DNA from: Octopus bimaculoides
Lineage: Eukaryota
DNA: 64,000 nt
Reading direction: 5' to 3'
Assembly (NCBI RefSeq): GCF_001194135.2
Contig: NC_068986.1
Coordinates: forward strand, 32,750,099 to 32,814,098
Shown: positions 56,403-64,000 of the stretch, piece after piece
How positions within the stretch are numbered: position 1 is the stretch's first letter
Layout of the letters: each line of letters starts with the position of its first letter
Program-made: the position numbers and the translations under genes
Notes under the pieces: model-generated
Databases searched by the model: none
The model's input: the letters and a program-made list of their open reading frames with translations, nothing else
Told to the model about the DNA's origin: nothing

Positions 56403-56617
56403 GTGTTTGTGTGTTTGTGTTTGTCCCCCCAACATCGCTTGACAACCGATGCTGGTGTGTTTACGTCCCCGTAACTTAGCGGTTCGGCAAAAGAGACCGA
56501 TAGAATAAGTACTAGGCTTACAAAGAATAAGTTCTGGGGTCGATTTGCTCGACTAAAGGCGGTGCTCCAGCATGGCCGCAGTCAAATGACTGAAACAAGT
56601 AAAAGAGAGTAAAAGAG
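56181..56617 (+). mobile_element. SINE family A, full-length young copy
   Basis: tRNA-like head (GTGGCTGTGTGGTAAG...GGGTTCAGTACC), CCTTGGGCAAGT (CORE-like motif), internal (TA)n and a GTAAAAGAG-type tail. Confidence 0.95.
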
Positions 56618-56679
56618 ATTGGTACTGATATGTATTTAAAGGAGAGCTGCATTATAATTACAATCAATATCATCATTAT

Positions 56680-56993
56680 GAAGGGCAAAGTCGACTTCAA
56701 CAGAATTTGAACTCAGAACGTAAAGATGGACGAAATAGCGCTAAGCATCTTGCGTGGCGTGATAATAATTCCGAAAACTTTCTACCTTATTAGAAGCAAA
56801 CACTGATTTCAAATGTTGGCACAAGGCCAGAAATATCGGTGGAGGAGATAAGTAAATTAAGTCGGCCCCTAAAAGGATGAAAAGCAATGTCGACGTCGAC
56901 CTTTACGGAATTTGAACTCAGAACATAAATGCGGGCAAAATGCCGCTAAGCATTTCGCCCGGCGAGCTAACGATTCTGCATGCTCACTGACTT
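56680..56993 (-). mobile_element. Two SINE family B partial copies
   Basis: 56680-56772 and 56806-56993 both carry GAATTTGAACTCAGAAC and GCTAAGCAT. Confidence 0.85.
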
Positions 56994-58221
56994 AATAAGG
57001 GCAAATATTACGAAGACTTTTTTACGATATTAAAAGGAATTATCTAGGATCGATTGTGTTCACTAACTTCCACCTCTCAAAATTACTGGCCATGTTCCTT
57101 AAATCAGTAACCATCATTACTAAGGGTTGATAACATTTCCAGTCATCTACAGGATTTGATGTAATCGATTGTTACCCTGTCATCTAAATTTGAAGCCTCA
57201 TATCTCAAATTTGGAGTAAGAAACAGTTGACTACAGTTTTTAAAATATAACTTTAAATACTGATTTAAAGAAATCATTTTTAAAGTTACATTTATGTAAT
57301 TCGGATTGTTGAGAGCTTATAGTGGTGGTCAGTAATTTCAATATGCTTTCTTGTGACCACAGATCAATTCTTTCGCGGGCAGTCTGGTATATTATCAACC
57401 GAGTTCTATGTAAGCTCTTTAAATCATATAACACTACAAAAAGCAACAACAAACACAAAAACACCGAAGAGCAAACGAAGTGTAATATAATAAAAATTGT
57501 ATTTAATACTATACAAAACAATCGAGAATTTTATATTTTCATTTTACCATTTTCTTTTTTGATATTTTTTTTCTGTTTTTAATCAGTCTTTATATTTTTA
57601 TTTATACTTTATTTTAAATGTCTATGTATTTGTTTTTCATTGTGGATTTTCTTTCCTTTTTTTTTTCTGCATCAGTTACAACTCGAACCTACCTGCTGTA
57701 GCTGTGTAATACCAACGATGATATCAACCAACGACAGCAAAGTATTTTAGTAGGCAATTAGTAACATTAAATCAGAGGCAGTAGTTAAAAAGCGGCGGTT
57801 ATTATATAGCAAGAAAGTGTACGACTGTAGCAATTAGTAAGATTATAAGGGAAGCCATTAAAGAAGCGTTAGTAACAATGCATAGGCGACTAACAAAAAG
57901 CAATGCCACTATTAGTAGGACTGTATAATTACAAACACCAATATTACTTTAACAATGATGGTTATAATTACTAGTAATAACCAAGTAGGATGTAATTTAG
58001 AAGGTGGTTGTCTGAGAACGTGTCTGTTACACAGTCAGCGCGTGAATGACTGTGAATGTGGGTTGTGTTTATGTATATATCTCTATATGTGTATATGGGT
58101 GTGTGTTTACGTATGTTGTTGATATGTGTCTGCAGCTGTGTATGCATGTATGTATGTGTAATATTTGTGCATGCGTATTATATATTTGTGTGTTTGGGTG
58201 CGACGAGACACACACAATGCA

Positions 58222-58298
<77 letters not shown>

Positions 58299-60240
58299 TA
58301 TATATATGTGTGTGTACGTGTATGTGTGTTATATTTGAATATGTACGTTAGTATACATTTGTTTTGCGTGTGTAAGCATGCGTATACTCTTGTGTACTTT
58401 TGTGTGTGAGTATATTTCATTACGGATAGTGTGTGCTTTTATGCGTGTGCATGTGAGTGTGTAAGGTGTGGGTGTTCAGAAGGAGGGGAGGAGGAAGAGA
58501 GAGAGAGGGGGGAGGGGAGTGAATGGGTTTGGGTGTGCTTCAATGAAATACGTGAATGCGTGAAACTAAGTTTGATGTGATTGCGTATGTTTGAATGGAG
58601 TACGTTTATTTGCGACTTATACATTATGTGTGTCTGTAGCTGCGTGTGCATGTGTGATTATATGCGTGTGTATGCATGGATGAGTGCGTATGCAAGGGTG
58701 CTATTGTGTGTGTGTGTACAAGTGCATGTGTGTTTAGCTGTCTATGTATGCGATTCCCAAGCAATTGATGCATCTATAGACAGAATGCAAATATTCTGAA
58801 CGTGCAAAATGCTACAGAAATAGAGCGAAATAGATAACAGGGAATAAGACTTAGGGAAAAAGGGATAGATAGTAAAAAGGGACAAATTAAAAACAAGACC
58901 TTATATATATGTGTATACATATGCATAACGAGAGGGAGGGAGAGAGAGAGACTAAAATATCAATAGATTAGTAAGTTAAGGGAGGAAGAGAAACAAGGAG
59001 AAAAAGTGATGGAGATAAGGAAAGAGACGAGCTGGTTTATAGATTTTTAACAAAAAAATTAAGCACAAATGATAATAGATATAATATACATGAGAGGTGA
59101 GAAATGAGATTACGTGATGTTCATGATCCAAACGAATGAGCTGCTTCATCGAAGCGAAAAGGCTTGACCTAGTAATTGATCTGAGCTCACTGACAACATG
59201 ATAGGGAAATTCTACTGTAAATGAATTCTAGACCAATTTATTTTAACTGGAAAACATTTACAAATGTAAGAGGATATTCACACATTTTATAGTTTCTACA
59301 ACGATAACGTGCTACAAAAGTGTAGGTTACGAAAGTATATCGTCAACTTTAATGTCTTCGATAAACAAAACAAAACAGCGTCCATTAATTGTAATTAAGA
59401 ACTATATTTTTACACATTTTTTTTTAGTATTATTTATTTATGGAATTATTTATTTTATTTTGCAATTAAAACTGAAATAAAAAAAATAGTACCGAAATGT
59501 GGAATTCAGTTGTTTTTTCTTTCTATGGAATATTCAGAATAACCTTGAATATGTTTGACTCTTTTGAAAATCGTTGTATGAAAATAGAAAAATTTAATTC
59601 CTATCATCTTAACTCAACATAGATTCGGAAATTTTCATTCATATTCAGTAAAACAATTGTGAAATTTTATCCTTCACTTGAATTCAAAATCATTAAAAAA
59701 TATTATGCGATTATGAGAAATTGAGTGGATTTGCTTATGCAATTAACTGGTGAATTTTACCTAGATTTGACGCTAAAAAGTTATACAATTAACCGATGTA
59801 TGTAATTAAGTGGAGTTTGATCGTATGCTATTTAGTGTTTCATTTAAAGTGTTTATTTTATCGTTATACAATAGTCTTAGCAATAAATAAAACTTTGAAA
59901 TATGTAAAAAAAAAAAATTTTTTAACAGAAAATAATCGAAAATGAAATTTGTAGCAAAAGAAATAAAGGCATCAACAATGACGAGATACCTGACATGAAA
60001 AAGGACTTGTGAGCCAAGGAAGACATATTAGAATAATAATGATGTTTAACATAACCCAGACATTTTCAAGAAGATAATTATAGTGGATTCAATACAAGAC
60101 GGGATGGGCCTTATTTTATAGAGGAGGATGAAAGTGAAATTAAATCGCAGAAAGGATTGAGTTCACAGCATACGGAGATGTAATTTAAATGCTGCAAGTC
60201 AGTGGCAATACCAGTTCTAACATCCAGTATCCGCCCTGTG

Positions 60241-60287
<47 letters not shown>

Positions 60288-60315
60288 AATAAAAATAATA
60301 ATCCATTCATGAATT

Positions 60316-60381
<66 letters not shown>

Positions 60382-60464
60382 AATACATATTTTACCTGTG
60401 AATTTGTGTGTGTAAACTGGGAATGCATACAATGAGTTTCTCTGTCCTTGGTGTACGGAAAGCG

Positions 60465-60506
<42 letters not shown>

Positions 60507-61576
60507 GGATGATGATGACTTTACCATATGTACAAAGTCAAATATATTGAAGCATATTATAATGAATTGAATCGACAAGACTACTTTACTACTATTAATT
60601 AACGAGTGAGTTAATTAATTTGTCTGCTTTGTTTCCATATTTGTTTGTCTGTATGTTTTGTTTTTGATCCCGGTATTCATAATGATAGAAATGTCGACAG
60701 ACATCGGTGGAGTTTGAACATGGGACGTAAATTGATAATATAATGAGGAACGAAGAGGAAAGATGAAGAAAGAAAGAGTGGAGGAGGAGCATGGGGATGT
60801 GACAGTGTGAGAATTAACAGCAGAAATAACCAAAAAAAAAAAAAAGCATAACCAGAAAAATATCAATGGCAACTGAAAAAAAATAATAATAAAAACCTTC
60901 ATAACAACTAACACCATCCTCAACTTATTACAACAAGAACGAAATAAGCAGCAGCAGCCACGAAACGTGAGCAACAACAACAGCAACAACAGACAAAGCC
61001 GATGAAAACTTGACAGCGTGAGAAAAGCAGCAGCAGACATTACAACAACAATAATAATAATATAAAAAAAGGTAACACTGGCTGGCGCAGGAATATAAAC
61101 AACCTACACAAGCGATAGTAAAAGTAACAACAAGCTTCATAACAACGGCAATAATGACAACAAAAATAATAGAGACAAGAGCAGAAGCTGCAAAAAATAT
61201 CAATAAATATCACAATGATAATAATAGTAATAATAATAATAATAACAATAGCAGAAAGAACAATACTTTTTCAAAACATCAGCCACAACATAAGAATAAC
61301 GATAATGGAAAGAGGCTATACTAAATTTACTTACAATCCTTGTAAGCATAACAGCAACAACAACGATAACAGGAACAACAAAAGCAACAACAAAATAGTG
61401 TACAAGAATAGAGCATCCCATGCTAGTCAACAGTACAATATAACATAATGCTGTATGTGTGCGTTTGTGTGCATTTGTACATTGGTAAGTAGGTATATGT
61501 ACAAGCACGCATATACATATACGAACAGGCACATACAAACACTCATACGCATACACACTCACGCACGCACACACAC

Positions 61577-61629
<53 letters not shown>

Positions 61630-61902
61630 AGCAATGTTATATATATATTTGTAAAAATAATGCTTCATACAGTCAAAATATTTGAAGAAATAATTTCTTA
61701 AAATATAGATTATAAATCATATAAAATAATCTTATAGACACAAAATGACACAAACCTTTTGGCAAGTGGTTTTCCTATTACGTGTAAGCGCTTTCGGTGT
61801 TAACTTTCAAAGCACTCCTATTATGGGGTACTTTGTATTCAGTTGAAATTCAGTGGAAATTCAATGGAAATTCAGTGGAATACATCCACTGGTTTTCAAA
61901 AA

Positions 61903-62319
61903 TAGAAATATTATTATTTCTAAGTCTATTTAAAGGAGACTACGGCAGCGGTACTGGATATTAATATTGGCGATAATTACAACCAGTAGATGTATTACAC
62001 TGAATTTAAGTAAATTATCCTTCGTACAGACGGTCAGTAGCGACGCGTGCTGGGTTCGGCTGCTCTACATTGATAAGGGGTAATACCCGAAACTAGTCTG
62101 TAGAAACTAGTCTGTAGATGCCAGACCTACTGTTCGAAGGTTATAATGGACAAGGTTCGTGTGTCACATAGCTAGCTAAAGGCGATGGCCTCTTGGAGCT
62201 AATCAACGGCAGCATTCGTCCTACTTTTTGGACTGCCACGTTGGCTTGGCGATAACTATTAATATCCAGTACCGCTACCGTAATCTCTTTAGAGAGACTT
62301 AGAAATAATAATAGTTCTA
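61903..62319. mobile_element. ~417-bp element with ~63-bp terminal inverted repeats enclosing a hammerhead motif
   Basis: TAGAAATATTATTATTTCTAAGTC...GGTACTGGATATTAAT (61903-61965) pairs with ATTAATATCCAGTACC...GACTTAGAAATAATAATAGTTCTA (62257-62319). Confidence 0.9.
62064..62118 (+). ncRNA. Type I hammerhead ribozyme motif (U3/A8 variant) with a duplicated helix III and cleavage segment
   Basis: UCUACA-UUGAUAA-GGG[GUAAUA]CCC-GAAAC-UA-GUC-UGUAGA (62064-62104), followed by a tandem AACUAGUCUGUAGA (62105-62118). Confidence 0.75.
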
Positions 62320-62889
62320 CATGTATGTATATATATATATAAAGACTTACTTGGAAATGGATCCATGGCGCTCAATCAAATAATAAAATAAAATAAGAAA
62401 TACGAAAACAAATGAGTTCAATACGCAAACACCGAGAGAAACAAATGGAGAACAGGACAAGTAACATAAAGAACGACCCTTCATCAGTTATCGGCTATCT
62501 ATCTACGCCTCATATGGAGCATTCAACAACAATATGAGTCTTCGAAGACAGATGCTCCTATAAGTACCAAAATAAAATTTGGGATTTATGGAGGGTCAAA
62601 ATTGGGAACAAAAACAAGACAGTGGAGACATACAAGAAACCGAACGAAAACAAACATAAAGCGTTGTTAGACCAGAACGATAGGAAAATAGTGAATGCTG
62701 GGAGAAACTTTTGTTTTCGTTTTGAAAAGAGAAAATATAGAATAGGGAGAGAAAAACACGTCCGTTCGTTTAAACGTCCGTGCAGAAGAAGAAAGATGGT
62801 CACGTGAGGAAAAGAAGGATATATATANNNNNNNNNNNNNNNNNNNNNNNNNNNNNNNNNNNNNNNNNNNNNNNATATATATATATATA

Positions 62890-63077
62890 GTTGAAATTTA
62901 CAGAAAAACAAAAGACGAAGACAGGTGTTTAAACAACAAGCAGGTGTATTAGTTTAATGCTTGGGGTGGTGAGAAAGTCTTTTACATTTTAAATCTACGC
63001 TCTTCAACAGAATGGAACATGAGGAAGTAAACAGAGAGAGAATTAAAAAAAACTTGCGGATTTTGTGGTCAATCATG
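62890..63077 (-). mobile_element. Family P repeat, copy 3 (longest; motif decayed)
   Basis: Follows (TA)n; shares GTTGAAATTTACAGAAAAACAAAAGACGAAGAC and CTACGCTCTTCAACAGAA; the GAAAC segment is mutated. Confidence 0.7.
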
Positions 63078-63938
63078 TAGTTTAAATATCACAAATGGAA
63101 CGGGAATGAGAAAAAATGGAGTATGCAGGGGGACAGAATTCCAAAAAATAGTGGACTAAATGTAATTAATACAAAAATTGTGCAGCGTGACTTATATGCA
63201 GGAAAAAGGCAAGCGAAGAGGAGGCTAACTTTTCGTGTGATCACTTTATCGACGTAGAATAAGAAAGAAATATGTTGGTCAATCAATCTATGATTTAACA
63301 CACCAAACTAATAGTTTCGTATCAGAGACTTAAAATCTTTTAAAGAAACATAACGACATGAATCTGTCGGAAGGAAATTTCTCTTTAAGCACTTTTGCTG
63401 TGAACTTTTTCAAACATACGTGTTCGAACTGCCTTCAGTGGTACAAGACCATGAAACTATCAGTAACGATCTGTTAATTTGTTCATTCACTATATCATCA
63501 TATTGGCAGAAGCTTAAAGTGCGTAGGCGAAAATATTTGGCGGTATACTTCTGGTTCTTTGCACTTTGGTTTCAAGTTCGGCCCAGGTCAATTTGCTTTT
63601 CCTTATTTTGGCATCAATGAAATAATGTACTACTCAAGTACTTGAATAGATTTTATCCACTAAGGACTTGCAATGTACAAGTTCTGTGCCTCTGTCAGAA
63701 AGATGTATTATAAATAGTATCTGAAACTACCGGAATCGTTGCAGCGAGTTACGAGTTGCTGAGTGTTAATAAGAATTATTTCAGTAATTGGCTAGGTAAA
63801 ACTCAACATAACTATTCCGGAATACTGTGTACTCTGTGCCTTCTTCGACGCAAAAGGTTCAGGAATTCAGGTATATGTATATATATATATATATATAGGT
63901 ATATGAAGTGTATATATATATATATAATGTGCATATAC

Positions 63939-64000
<62 letters not shown>

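Noticed and set aside
57685-57705. Possible 3- or 9-nt minus-strand microexon (CAG|GTAGGT with a long AG-free upstream zone)
   Set aside because: Too short to tell from chance without RNA-seq.
58540-58580. ACG/CGT hairpin followed by GAAACTAAGTT
   Set aside because: The upstream core (ATGAAAT) differs at three invariant positions.
61840-61880. GAAATTCAGTG 11-mer x3 and other short tandem units as a possible CRISPR-like array
   Set aside because: Contiguous minisatellite without spacers, in eukaryotic DNA.
62470-62530. CTGATGAAGGGTC on the minus strand, within a repeat fragment
   Set aside because: Only half a hammerhead core: no correctly placed GAAA or helix I in either type I or type II topology.

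Overview
AT-rich, gapped draft-assembly eukaryotic DNA. It is very probably octopus (coleoid cephalopod), inferred from the extreme microsatellite load and the tRNA-derived SINE families. No protein-coding gene can be supported. Nearly every ORF in the track is a microsatellite or N-gap artefact; the only recognisable coding remnants are an RTE-clade LINE fragment (32327-32566) and a mariner transposase C-terminus (28343-28408). The window is mostly simple repeats, about 20 SINE copies from several families, and MITE-like inverted-repeat elements. The most interesting signal is a set of hammerhead-ribozyme (HHR) motifs, found by eye. (1) An intact canonical minimal type I HHR (27074-27137, minus) lies between two ~100-bp direct repeats spaced ~540 bp apart. 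(2) A U3/A8-compensated HHR (62064-62118, plus) sits inside a ~417-bp inverted-repeat element; a 14-nt tandem duplication could give it a full intramolecular helix III. (3) Three copies of a (TA)n-anchored repeat carry a CUGU(C/U)GA core variant. (4) Two further motifs are decayed. This fits Penelope-like/retrozyme-type ribozyme elements, a known class. All pairings are manual, and activity and novelty are untested.
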